Shown here: positions 52,001 through 64,000 of the stretch, one piece after another | How the letters are laid out: each line of letters opens with the position of its first letter | How positions within the stretch are numbered: the first letter of the stretch is position 1 | DNA from: Thalia democratica | Taxonomy: Eukaryota | Assembly: GCA_965202585.1 (NCBI GenBank) | Contig: OZ241829.1 | Location: forward strand, 29,078,001-29,142,000 | DNA: 64,000 nucleotides | Direction: 5' to 3' | Translations under genes and position numbers: made by a program | The notes under the pieces: model-generated | The model's input: only the letters and a program-made list of their open reading frames with translations | What the model was told of the DNA's origin: nothing | The model's database searches: none

Positions 52001-54487
52001 CGTATAGTTTGTACAGCTCAGAAAAAATAGAAAAAAGTTTGTTAGTATGTGTGGTGTACGACAAAAGGTTTAAAGGTTCCTTTGTACACCAGGTCCTTAG
52101 ACCAAACTTTTTGAGCGCTTTTTTATTGTTCAATAAACAATATAAGTATATTATACTTATTAAGTATGAATAAAACTAAAAGATGAACTCACAACTGAGC
52201 TTTTTTGTTAAAAACTTAAATAAATGCCTACACACGATTAGCATTTTTAAATTGAATTTCTTTGGGATTAGCATTTACTTATTTATTAATCAACTTTTTT
52301 ATGATAATATGTCTTTATTTTATGTAAAAGTTATAGATTTTTAAAGTGTAGTAACATTTATTTTAATAGCAGTGAAAAAGTGAAGATCAATCAAGTTAAA
52401 ATTTTCTTTTAATCACTGAAAACATATATTTTTAGATCATCAGTAAACTTGTACACAAGTTTTAATATGGTCAAGTTTAAGTCTTAAATTCAGTTGCTAA
52501 AGACTTTTATTAATTTTCACAGATGTGCGGACACTTTAAAATAACTTAGTAGAAGTTTTATTCGGCTAATTAGTCCAACATAACCTTTTTGTCAAACGAA
52601 TTGCTTACTTTGTGACAGTAAAGTTTGTATTGAAATAAAAAACATTTTGGTTTTAATCTAAAAACTTACTAAAATATACACCAACAGCTGTTGATACAAT
52701 CCAAACGAAAGATATTAAGATGATTGTGTACTTTCTTTTCAGTTGTTGCATTTCAAATATGTTCGAGATTGCATAGTATCTGGTAATTCGAAGTTATGAA
52801 TTTGTATACACAATGAAAAAAATATTTATATATAGTAAATATACATATTCTATTAATATTTCAGACAATTTTATCTTTGCTTGTTAAGAACTATGTTCAA
52901 CTTTAAGTTGTTGACAAAAAACATTATAACTTTTTAGTTAAATCAAATTAAATTCTTTTTTTTTTAATACAGCAATGTATTTCTATTTACTTCTAACGTT
53001 ATGTTTATTAACATTACATGATTATTTTTTTATTAAAAAAAAAAATTTAAACTTATTTTTTACAATGCTTAAGCATAGTATCATTTTAAGTTTTAATTTA
53101 AGCTTTGCAGTAAAACTGTAACAAGTTAATTTCCAAAACAGCTCAAATCATATTTGAAATTGGTAAAAAGCACTGTGTTTAGTGTTGAAAAATCCCCAAC
53201 AGTATTACCTTAATTAATTTAAATCCTACTAACGGGGATTTTTCAACACTCAGTACAGTGCTTCCTACCAAATCTGGCTCGAACCAAACACAACAACACA
53301 AAAGCACCTCAAAACGCTCAGCAGGACGAGGTGGTACAAGGTGGAGACGAACACGACGGTCAGGGTGCCGAGGGACACGTACTTGGTGCTGCCCCGGTTC
53401 AATTCGGATTCCAACGTTATTTCCGATATTTTCAAGTTGATGACTTTGACGAACACGTAAGGATACATCAGCAAGTAGATCAGCCCTGAAAATTAGAATA
53501 AAACATGTCTTCAGAGTGATGTACAAAGAGTATTAAGAAAAATACGAGGAAATTAGATGAATAGCTATAGGTTTGTTTTTAAGTATTTTTAATGTTGTTC
53601 AAATTAAGTTTCTTGTAACTTTTAAATCCGTTGCTCCCACATTTTTTAAAAACTTAAAAAAAAAATTGTTGAAAAAAAACTTCAGAACAAAAACTTGTTG
53701 CTTTACTTTTGAAACTTATTTTTTATTTGTAATAGTTTTTTAAACAAATGGTTAAGAAAAAAACTTAGTAATATGTTAGTTAATAATCTAAGGTGTTTGG
53801 TTTATTAAACGCCTTACATTTGTAAAAGTCTTTTATTAAATTTAAATACAAAAACTGTTTGTTACCGAGAATGATAGAAGACACAGCTTGAGAGCAATAA
53901 AACAAGTCCATTGGTGATAGTTCTTTAAAACTTTTGTTTCGTCTAGTTGACCAAATTAGAGTAGAATTCAAAAAAATCGTTAACAGTCCAGCTAATATAG
54001 CTAATGCTATTAAGCAAAGAGCGATCGAAAAACTGTAGGATTTTATCAAATTTTATTACATTGATTTTTACTATTATTGAAGTTGTAAAAAAACTTTTGT
54101 CTGTTTAATATAAGTTTGTTAATTCAAAAATTATCAATTACAGACTTAAGCATTTAATGTTTTAATAATTTTTCAAACTTGGTTTAAGGTAAAGTTTTTT
54201 GATGTATGCGATTGTTTAAAAATTAACATTAATTTAAATTTCAAAGCAAAGGACTATTAAACCTTGAAAAAAGCATTTTATTTATATTGTTATAAAATTG
54301 CAAAATAATGTTAAATTTTCGAGACATTTTTCCATATCAAAGCGTGGCATTATTGCTTTCTAACACCAAACAAACATTTTCACCTGCAATAAGGACAGTC
54401 GATAACCTTAACATCCTTGTAATTCTGATAAGTTCTCTCGCAAAAAGGCTCGCAAATTATCAAGACCAGCACATTTTTTTCGCAACC
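49003..54487 (-). CDS. Rhodopsin-like (class A) orphan 7TM GPCR, multi-exon; start exon not identified
   Basis: Exons 54032-53866 (TM1, TM2), 53485-53308 (TM3 ..YHLVLLSVLR), 52779-52670 (YYAI..FVW, TM4), 50948-50803 (ECL2, TM5 P), 50289-50136 (ICL3), 49350-49254 (LPIVL TM6, TM7) and 49102-49003 (FVNVFVT..SKKYRTDL, stop) are GT-AG, phase-consistent and stop-free. Upstream exon 54487-54384 is tentative (phase match only). Confidence 0.85.
49480..49764. mobile_element. hAT-like MITE remnant in a GPCR intron
   Basis: gcgggccggat.. internal motif and tttgcccactcctg terminus similar to 59314-60101. Confidence 0.45.
50399..50626. mobile_element. Truncated inverted copy of the 9027-9290 hAT MITE
   Basis: Starts cagggtttcccaaac and aligns in reverse complement with 9027-9290. 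Confidence 0.8.
52052..52143 (+). repeat. ~95-bp multi-hairpin dispersed element (GPCR intron)
   Basis: Matches the consensus. Confidence 0.88.
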
Positions 54488-56282
54488 CTGAGGTAAAGTT
54501 TAAGGTAGAAACGTATATTTCAACTTATAATACCATAAAATATCACTCTATTGATTGTTTGAAAAGAAAATAGTGTTTATAAGAATATACACTATAAATT
54601 CGTTCAGTAGAAAAATCTTGTTATAAAATAAAAAAAAAAATTAACAAAACTTGCGGCTGATATATTTAAAACTTTTACTTTGAGTTTACTATTGAGAAGC
54701 TCAGTAAAATAAAACTTACGAGTTTATTTTTACATGGAAATAACCTGTGCAAGTGTTGTGACGAATAATTGTTTACTTATACATTAAAAACAATTCAAAT
54801 AAAAAAGTTTCTGTTAAAGAAATTTGTAAAAACTTAATACTCAATTTATGATAAATTTTTCAAACTATTGCTGTTAAAACAAAACTAAAGTTTTAAAGTT
54901 TGATAACTAAAAGCACCAACTAATTTAGACGTTATTATTTCTAATGTTTTTTTTTGGTCACAAAAGATACAAGAAAGTAGTGAAACGAAAAGTGTTAGTT
55001 TAAGTTTTAACTACTTGCAAACTAAAAAAAGAAGATTTAAAAAAGTTTAACAAAACTATAAAGCAAACAACTTCAAAGTGAAATAACAACTAACACTATT
55101 CATCATTTATGATGGCATAGATTATTATCCAACAAACAATCATAAACAACTATGTGTTCGATAGTTATAAAAAGACTTTAGCAAAATACTATACTTGTAA
55201 AAGTTTAAAAAATAACAAATACGTTCTGCAGTTAACATAGAACAGTTTTGTTGAAAAATTAAATGCATTTATTTTAACGTTGTTTTTAAGCTGTTTTGTA
55301 AAAGACACCGTTCTATGACGTTTTTCATGCAATTGTTAAAGAACAAAGCAAACTTCAAACGCCCAACAATAAAAACGTGTTGAAGACGTTTCGATCACTT
55401 GATTAAAACTTTACTCACATTGTTAAAACATTTTTGTTTAAACTAAAAAATAACATATAGTTTTTACCAAAAAAAAAGTAGCTTATCAAATTTAAGTATA
55501 TGATACATAACGCATTTTTTCAATAGAAGTTTTTTACAGCTAAAAGGGCCTATTTTTAATGAAAACATATCTATTAAAATGATTTAATTAATTTATGTGC
55601 ACAAGATGTTTTTTAACTTTGAATAAATATGTACAAATGGACTGTTTTTCACAACTCGTTAAAGAAACTTATACTAAAACAAACAAACGAATTAAAGTCA
55701 GCTAAATTTTTAGAATGCAACCTATGCAGGGTTAAGTCTATTAACAAAAACTAATCACGTTCAAGGTTCACTTATGGAAGATAAATAAAACAGTTGGTTT
55801 TAAAAATAAAACAAGTACTTATATCAACACAGGTTTATAAGATAGAAGAAAATTGTTGATTATAAATGGATAGTTTATTTTAAAATTTATTTAAAACAAG
55901 TTTTCCAAAAATGGACACTATCTAAATTTTGAATATCTAAAGGCGCTAATTAATTATGCTGCGAAAAACTAAGTAGGTAATTAACAAGTAAAAATGCGAT
56001 ATCTGAAGGCCGATTATTAATTATTTTTTTTGCCAGGGGGGCGTTTATGAAAACCATTTTGGGAAACACGGATCAAAAAGTTAGAAGAGGCTCGTTAAAA
56101 ATAATCAATAAGTTTAAGCAAAAAAATTAAAAGCAAGTGGCTGAAAATTATGTTTGAAAATAAATGCACGAAAAACTTGAAGACTGTGAAGCACAGTAAG
56201 TCTTTGATTACTATTGTGTAAAAGTTGCTGCAAATTTTTGATAAAATCTCACTAATGTATGACTGCAGAAAACTAGTTTGAC

Positions 56283-56378
56283 TGTTTATTTTTTGAGCGA
56301 TAAAAAAAAATAACTCAAAATAATTGGTTCTAGGACCTGGTGAGCGAAATAACCTTTTGGTTAACGAGTCGTACACTA
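56283..56378 (-). repeat. ~95-bp multi-hairpin dispersed element
   Basis: Reverse complement gtagtgtacgactcgttaaccaaaaggtt..caccaggtcctagaacc..ttttgag..aataaaca. Confidence 0.8.
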
Positions 56379-56982
56379 CTTGAATACATTTTCAAGGTCT
56401 TGTTAAGGACATTTTGTGTTTTCTTTTACCATCTTTTCTTATCGTTTTATAAGCCTTAAAAACGCGGATCAGAAACTTTTTTTGTTGACAGGCCGAATTT
56501 ATCTGAAAAAATCTTTTGCGGGCCTTGTATAAATATTTTCTTAACGGGTCGAGTAGTTTGAAAAGTAATAACATACAATTTAAAAAGCCTTTTTAGGCCT
56601 TATTTTGTTTTAATAACTGTGTATCAAAAGTTAAACTAATAATACATTTTAAAGTAAATTTTATTAAAAGACTCAACTTTATTAAGATTTTAAAAACATC
56701 GAGCGCTAGAGAATTCTGTTGATGGACCGTACGTAATCCACCTAGGAAATTTAGCACAATAAAACAAATCAACACAATATGTACCTTCACACGTAACTTT
56801 TGAACTTTCACGGTTTTAAGTGTAGAATAAGTTTACTACTTTTTTACATTGACAAGGTCTTAACTTTTTTGCCATCGAAACCTGATAGTGAATAAAATAC
56901 TCAACTTGCACTAGTACTAATATTTAGTGTCAACTAGCAAAATAGTTTTTCTTCCACAAACACAGAAAAATTGTAATGTTAA

Positions 56983-57185
56983 GGTGTTTCTCCCAGTATT
57001 TGCTAAGTCATCAAAATTTTAAATGTTTTTATAAAAAAAATTCTAAAATTTATACCCTATCCCTAACCCACATTTACCCAAACATATTAAAGAAATCAAA
57101 AAAAAACTTTTAATAACTAAAAGAAAAATAATAATAAAAATGTTTTTTATTTTGCTGACTCAGCAAATATTAAGGGAAACACATC
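56983..57185. mobile_element. Small MITE with ~35-bp TIRs and a TTAA left flank
   Basis: ggtgtttctcccagtatttgctaagtcatcaaaat versus attttgctgactcagcaaatattaagggaaacac. Confidence 0.55.
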
Positions 57186-59313
57186 AAAGTTTCAACAAGA
57201 CTCAAAGTTTACTTTCCTAGTTCGACCTTTTTCCAAAATTTTTTTGGAGCTTTCAAAAACATAGCAAATTTATATGAAAATTTAATCAAAAGCTTAGCAA
57301 TTAGCTGCATTTAAACAGCAAAGGCAAACAATTTACTTTTCACAGCAATTGATTTGTGACCATATCTTCATTGAATCTTGGTGGTCGTCATTAATGATTA
57401 TGTATTAACTATATATATTATTTATTTTACTTTTTATTCATATTTTTATTATATTAATTATTATTTGCAAAGTATTTTTTAAAATATTAATATTGCTCCA
57501 CCCACCAGTTACGAAATTTTTTATTTAATATATTAAGCAAGCTGCAGATATATTGTTGTGTTCATTCAACCAATTTCGTTCAGTTTAAGTTTTTATTACT
57601 TAACTTGTTACAAGATGCTATACTGTATAAATTGAAGAGTCCATTTATGATGCAAAAACTATTAATAAAAGAATAAGCACACAACAACATACGACAATCG
57701 TAAATACGAGTTAAATATTACCAGGTGTCTGTAGCAGTTGATTACTGTTTAACAAATTTTATAATGTTTCCAGTCAGTGCCATCAAGTATGAAGTAAACT
57801 TCTACTTTTATAATAACTTCTTGATAATGAGAGCATACTATTAGATTACGATAATTTCTAATAAATTACGATAATACATATTACGATAATAAGACCAAAT
57901 TATTTCTCAATCTTTATTAATTTATTATACGAGAATTAAAATAAAAACATAAACTAATTTAAAGATTATCTTTTTCAAAAATAGAACAGTTACTCTATGA
58001 AGATAGTTTTCATGAACTAGCAATGTTTATTTTCTCCACAAACAACTATGTTAAAACGATTTTCTACTTTATACTTTGCTAGCTATAAATTCTGAACTTA
58101 ATCGAAGAAAGAGACTTATTTTAAATAGACTGTTTATAGTGGAAACTTCAACAGTAAAAAACGAACTTTGGACTAAAAAACTTTGAATATCTGCTACGTT
58201 TAGTCACTTTATGTGCTAACTAGCTATCAAGTGAATGAATACTAATAAATATTCAATATGTTTATAACTATTTGGAAATCAAGTAATTAAACTAGTTTAA
58301 CGACATCATTGTGAGTAATTGATCATTGCATTTTTAGGCCAAGTCATTAATTGTTTTACAAAATGAACCATCATTTATTATCTTGTTGTTATAAAAGTTT
58401 AATTTTATTTCACTTACATCAATTTTGTTAAAAGGTTTAGCATTTGATGAATGTTAACATACTGGTTTTTAAGTTATTTTCATATATGCTTGCCGAAAAA
58501 TCTTGTAGGAACCTGCATTACAATAATAACCCAGTTTTTAAATTAAATAAAGTTTGCTAGCTTCTTTATTTTTTATATAGTTTATGCATTTTTTTAACTA
58601 TTTTTATTTATTTCTAACTATCACTGTTACTCCTAACCCTTACCCTCGATCGGTAAACGGTTCTCGAATTTGACTGGGTGGATTTTGAACGTGTCCTCTA
58701 ATAAGTAAGTATTATCCAACATTAATCTTGTACCAATGAAGAATTGTAAAATAAAAGTTATTGTTTAAAGTTAAAAAATGTTTCTCAATCTTTATTAATT
58801 TATTATACGAGAATTGAAAAAAAAACATAAACTAGTATAAAGATTACTTTTTTAAAAGAAGCTTTCATTTGTTTATAGTTTTTCCTCAATTTTTAATTAG
58901 TTCTTGTTCAAAACTAGTTAATATACAGTTGTTTTGAAAGTGTTAAGTTTAGCTTGTTTTACTTTTAAAGTAAAGTAAAGTAAAGGTTACATTATAGAAA
59001 TAATTTTGTAAATTTAATAATTGGGAATTAGTAGATTAGTAAAAAAGAACGAATAACTCAATTAACAATTACAATCGGAAATATTCTAATTTTAAAACTT
59101 TTCTAGTTATATCATTCACAATTCTCCCTTTTTAATTTGTTTTTTTCAGCATTAAACTTGAATTGACTTGGTTATGTACAACTTGTTTTTTGATGATATC
59201 TAAACTAAATTTTGAAGTCGAACTTTCTCGTTTAGAAAAGTAACTAAGCGTGAATAAAGGGAATAAAAGTATAATGTGAAGATGTTTAGAATTTGCTAAT
59301 CGTATGCCTAGTT

Positions 59314-60101
59314 TAGGGGTGGGCAGCGTTTTTAATCAGCGGGCTAGATCCGGAATATTTTAGTCTTTGGCGGACCGGATTATTTCGAGTTAGTGATTTA
59401 CCCGATCCAGTACCCGAATCCAGCCGGATAGAACTTTTTTAGATCCGAATCCGGTTAGATCCTAATTCCTAACTTGAAGACATTATCTAGATCTGAATGA
59501 TTACTAATTTTAAATCAAGATCCGGATCCGGTCGGATTGTAACTTAAATAAAAGTTTCGGATTTTGCCGGAGTCTAATTTTATTGATACGGTTGATCTCT
59601 TTTCTGAATCCTACTAATTCAAAAAATTTCTCAAGTGTGGCAACTTAAGACATGAGGAGACTTTAGATTGAGACATGTCAGATAGTTGTAAAATGTTTAC
59701 AAATAGAATTGATATGGTAATTTTCAAAGGTAAGTATGTAAAATATCAGATTTCAACTCGAGGTTGATTTAATTGCTTGGGGTAATTTGACAAAAATATA
59801 TTCCAACTAAGTTAGAACAACACAAAATTTTAGGACAAAATGGTGTTTTTATCAGTAAACATTAAATTTAAAAGCCATTTTGAAAAAATTTTTCAATGTC
59901 AAACTCTTACAGTTTTGTTTTGTAAAAATATGATACAAATTTTTATGAAACTTTTGTAATATTGGCCGGACACTTCACTTGCGTACTGGTCATTTTCATC
60001 TGCGGGCCGGATTCCATTAAAATTCAATACACGGTCGGGGGCCGGTCATTTTAACTCCGCAGGTTGGATCCAGCCCGTGGGCTGTACGTTGCCCACCCCT
60101 A
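59314..60101. mobile_element. hAT MITE, 788 bp
   Basis: TIRs taggggtgggca / tgcccaccccta; perfect 8-bp TSD GCCTAGTT (nnnTAnnn); ccggat-rich internal block. Confidence 0.9.
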
Positions 60102-60775
60102 GCCTAGTTGTTAGTATGAATTAGGTAAAACTGTGGGCATTTTTTAAACAAGTGCATTATTGTCCTATTTGTATGTTTTTCTAAAAATTGAAAGTATTAA
60201 TATTAAAAGAAAAAACAAGAGGTTTTTAGTGGTAATAAGTAGTCTATCTATTATGAATTTTCGAGAGTATATTCTTTTAATTAAAAAAATTTTATTGATG
60301 GCTTCTCATTAGTCCTTATCCTTACTAATCTTAAATTTTACTACTATCTACATTCTACTTACTATTCTTTAAGTTTTCTACTAAGGGAGTTTTCGGTAAA
60401 TTACTAAACCAATCAAAAATGTCATAGTGTCAAATAAGACAACAACTATGTGTAACAAATATAAAAAGAATAGTAAAATAATAAAATCACATTTAATTAA
60501 TCAACAATAATAATGACTCAAATCGTAGCTTTTTCAAAATAATTTAATCTTTTTTAAGATACAAATTCTGTAAAAATAGTGTATAAAGATTATTATTTCT
60601 ATTTTTTTGACTAAACTGTTGCTGCTGATTGTGGTTGAAACTGATTGTTTTTATGCATATAAAAATTTGATAAAAATAAGTAGTTTTGAAAAGATATTTC
60701 TACCCTTGGTACAAAAGTCCTTTGCTTTAGAAAGCTAGTTTGCTGAAATGTCCTGTGCATGATGTTAAACTGTAC

Positions 60776-60911
60776 TGGTGTATGACTTGATTACCACAAG
60801 GTTTGTTGTACACCAGGTCCTTGGACCAAGCCTTTTGAGCGTATTTTTTGTTGTTCAATAAACAATAAAATAACTTATTTGATTTGTTGTTTATTGAACA
60901 ACAAAAAATAC
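60776..60911 (+). repeat. ~95-bp multi-hairpin element with a 25-bp inverted duplication of its tail
   Basis: Consensus match 60776-60868; perfect IR 60841-60865 / 60887-60911. Confidence 0.85.
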
Positions 60912-61542
60912 AGGATGCAGAGTATATGCCTTAATTTGGTGTTGATGTCAGTAGTTAGAGACTAATTGGGTTGCCATACTTTCAAAATAGTCTAAAGTTT
61001 TTTATCTTAGGGTCAGGGTTGCTGCCCACTCAATAACTCAGGAGGTTTTGATTTTTTTTTGACTCCGGATAAGTCAGGAAAGTCATGGTCACTCAGACAG
61101 TTTTTTTGACTAACCCTGCTGGGTATTTTGTTTTTTTTAGAGATATTTTGAAAAACTCAGACCAGTTTGTTTTGAGAAACTTTGGCTAGTTTAATAATTA
61201 ATTCAAAAACTTAGTCTTTTAAAAAAAATGTGAATGAGTTTGAGTTGATCCAGTTCTATAGTCAGTTTGTCATTTTTGTTAATTTTACAGTTTTGTTTAA
61301 GATATTAAGTAGAATTTTCTGCAGTCATGCAACTTAGCATAAATAACTGCTCCCTGCTCTAGATATATAAGTCCTTTTGTTAATATATATTCTCTTATTT
61401 TTTTTAATTCAAGTTAATTCATTTAAGTAAATTGATTGCAATCTGTTTGGGCTAAGATTTCTGGACTAAGATTAGGCAAAAACGAGCTACTTCAGTAATT
61501 TTTCATTAAAATCAAGAAATTGTAGATGAATCTATGTTTTAC

Positions 61543-62660
61543 ACACCTGTGACTAATGCATTAAGCTTCTACAATAACTGTTTGTTTACAATAAAAAACA
61601 TACCAAAAGACTTCTAATGGTCAGAAGTTTTCAATTTTGTTTTTGTTTTTATCAAAATAGCTTAAATTTTAAAAAACTGTTATTTTAAGCTAAAGTTTGG
61701 TTGAAACTAACTTGTATGAACTTTGTCAAAAGAAATTTAAGTGCATTAGTAACATGTATGTTTATTTTACTAAAATCATACAAATTAATTTAGCCAAACT
61801 TTAGCTTAAAGTAAAATTTTTTTAAAGCTATTTTGATAAAAACAAAAGTAAACTTAGAAAACTACAGACCATTAGGAGTATTTTGACATGTTTTTATTGT
61901 AAACAAATAGTTATTGTAAACGTTTAATTGCATTTGTCACAGGTGTGTTTATTTTACAAAAGACACACATGTTAATTTTAGCCAAACTTTGCCTAAAATA
62001 AAAGTTTTTAAAACAGGGTTGCCCCTTTACCTGGAAACTTGGAATTGAAGAGTTTTTGAAAAAAACCTGGAAAAACCTTTTAACAATTTTCACATGTTTA
62101 GTAATAAAATTTCGATTTGATACAAAAAATCTGCCATGTAGATATTAACTTTTTGTCATCATCAAACATTTTTTTATTAAAAAACATGTTTAAAGTAGCT
62201 TTACAGTATCATTTCAATGTTTTTATACTATAAATCACAGTTTCTTACCTAAAACTTAACTTTAAACTAAAAACATACCCAAAAGTGTGTACTTTTAAGA
62301 ACCTGGAAGATATTTAGAAAAGCTGAAAAAACAAGTGGCAACCCTGTAAAAAGCTATTTTGATAAAAACAAAAACAAACTTAAAAAACTACAGACCATTA
62401 GGAGTCTTTTGATTTTTTATTGTAAAAAAATAGTTATTGTAGGAGTTTAATAGCATTTGTCACAGGTGTGTTTATTTTACAAAGTTCATACAAATTAATT
62501 TAGCCAAGTTTTAGCTTAAAATAAAAGTTTTTTAAAGCTATTTTGATAAAAACAAAAACAAACTTAGAAAACTACTAGCCATTAGGAGTCTTTTGATATG
62601 TTTTTTATTGTAAGCAAATAGTTATTGTAGAAGTCTAATCACACTTGTCACAGGTGTAAA
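61543..62660. repeat. 188-bp tandem repeat array with an inverted first unit, interrupted by a MITE
   Basis: acaggtgt anchors at 61939, 62462 and 62650 (period 188; 523 = 190 + 333-bp insertion); inverted unit at about 61543-61730. Confidence 0.85.
62014..62346. mobile_element. CAGGGTTGCC-TIR MITE inserted in a satellite unit
   Basis: cagggttgcccc.. / ..gtggcaaccctg; same family as 2771-3148. Confidence 0.85.
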
Positions 62661-62791
62661 CTATATTTGTTAAACATTATTATTATTTATGCATAACATG
62701 CAGCATTATTGTGCAATAAATGCAAGGTTTATGTTGGATAAAATAAATATACTGTTTTTGACAGTGTTATACATTTTGAAGTTCTGGTTAA

Positions 62792-63442
62792 GGGCATAGG
62801 GGGGTCCGACATTTTTTTTTCTACTAAAAATAACTTTGGATCTTATATGAAAGCTTGAAGTACAAACTACAAGCCAGTTTTTATAAAATTTAAAAATATT
62901 AAACTTTTGAGATATTGTAATTTTTATATAAAATTTCTGATACAAACGTATGGATTGCAAAGTTTTTGGGTTCAATTTTCTTGGAAATTTAAAAAATCAC
63001 TAAAAACCTATCTTCTCCTTCATTTTTTGAGCTAGAAACCTAAATATTTCAGGAAATGTTTCTTTTATAGTTTCAAAGACTTTGAATTTTGGAATTTTAA
63101 AAATATTGAAAAATTAAAATTTTAGATAAAAAAAATAAAAAATAGGTGTTTTTTTTTCAATAAAAAAATTATTATTCAAAATAAAAAAAATTCCTGTGTT
63201 CAAATCTTTTAAAAACTTAATACTTTTTCTGTGAAAATTTGAAGAAGATTGCTTAAAAAGTTAAGGAGATAGATTTTTAGTGAAATGGTCTTTTTTTGTG
63301 TTTTTAGTTTGTTCCTTCCATTTGATTGCTCATATCTCAAAAAATATTTTGAATTTTTACAAGCGGTTAAAAATTTCTGATAGCTCAGATAAAACTAAAA
63401 TGAGATCAACTTGTAAAAATCAAGGTGAACCCCCCTATGCCC
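62792..63442. mobile_element. Kolobok-like MITE, full length, 651 bp
   Basis: TTAA|gggcatagggggg ... cccccctatgccc|TTAA: perfect 13-bp TIRs, TTAA TSD, RR..YY termini. Confidence 0.88.
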
Positions 63443-64000
63443 TTAAACTAAACATATTTGAAACCCTACTTTTTATCTAAAGATTTAAATAATACTTTAT
63501 TTTACAATTTTTTATTATTGAGCTATTTATTTAATACTTGCTTATTGTATAAAAATATCAAGTTATTCAAGTTTTATCACAAAATTTTAGGAACTACATT
63601 TAAAATATAGTTGTTATTATTAGCAACTAAAAAAGTATGGTCAATCTAAGGGTGCCTAACAGTAGCTTTTTTATTTGTTTTTTAGATATGAGGGGAAAAG
63701 TTAAAGAGTTCAATAGGATCCTTATGGAAGGGCCAAGTTAGAAATGCAAAATTTTGGATTTTCAAAAAGCCTAAAATTTGAGCAAAGATAACTAAAAAAC
63801 CTGGTATTTAAACAATTTTTAAATGGAAAGTAATTAAATTTTGATTTGACACAAATAATTTATAATCTAAATAAATGATTATCATATTTTTTTATTAAAA
63901 AACACATTTAAAGTATATTTTCAATTTTTTATACTACTTAAGACAGTTTTTTACTTTATATTTTGTTTTATACTAAAAATATACCTAAAGGTTATACTTT

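Noticed and set aside
56392-56811. Minus-strand ORFs 56392-56574 and 56593-56811 as GPCR 5' exons or another gene
   Set aside because: Coding-like in places, but I could not build a phase-consistent, stop-free splice path or recognise a motif.
7524-63480. Remaining 60-100-aa K/F/L/I/N-rich ORFs in the track
   Set aside because: Compositional artefacts of AT-rich DNA and MITE interiors, many with non-ATG starts; no motifs.

Overview
Very AT-rich (introns and intergenic DNA roughly 20-25% GC by eye) repeat-dense animal genomic DNA with canonical GT-AG introns and GC-richer exons. It is an invertebrate; a tunicate is plausible but cannot be established from this window. Hand-splicing gives four protein-coding loci, three of them largely invisible in the ORF track. 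(1) DEK on the minus strand, running off the left edge, with an expanded acidic 15-aa repeat. (2) An 8-exon type II membrane fibrinogen-domain (FReD) gene at 18351-23684 with a sushi-like module, carrying one frameshift, two premature stops and several decayed partial exon duplicates. (3) An intact, intronless ATIC/purH at 45942-47753. (4) A convergent, apparently intact multi-exon rhodopsin-like orphan GPCR with non-canonical motifs. There is also a histone H2A orphon pseudogene with a decayed 3' stem-loop. Mobile DNA includes a CR1/L2-type LINE, Penelope-like RT and GIY-YIG fragments, Penelope-type hammerhead ribozyme repeats, Buster-type hAT elements with 8-bp TSDs, Kolobok-like TTAA MITEs, twin foldback elements, a 188-bp mini-satellite and nine copies of an unclassified ~95-bp multi-hairpin element. 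All alignments, translations and folds were done by eye; no database searches were run.
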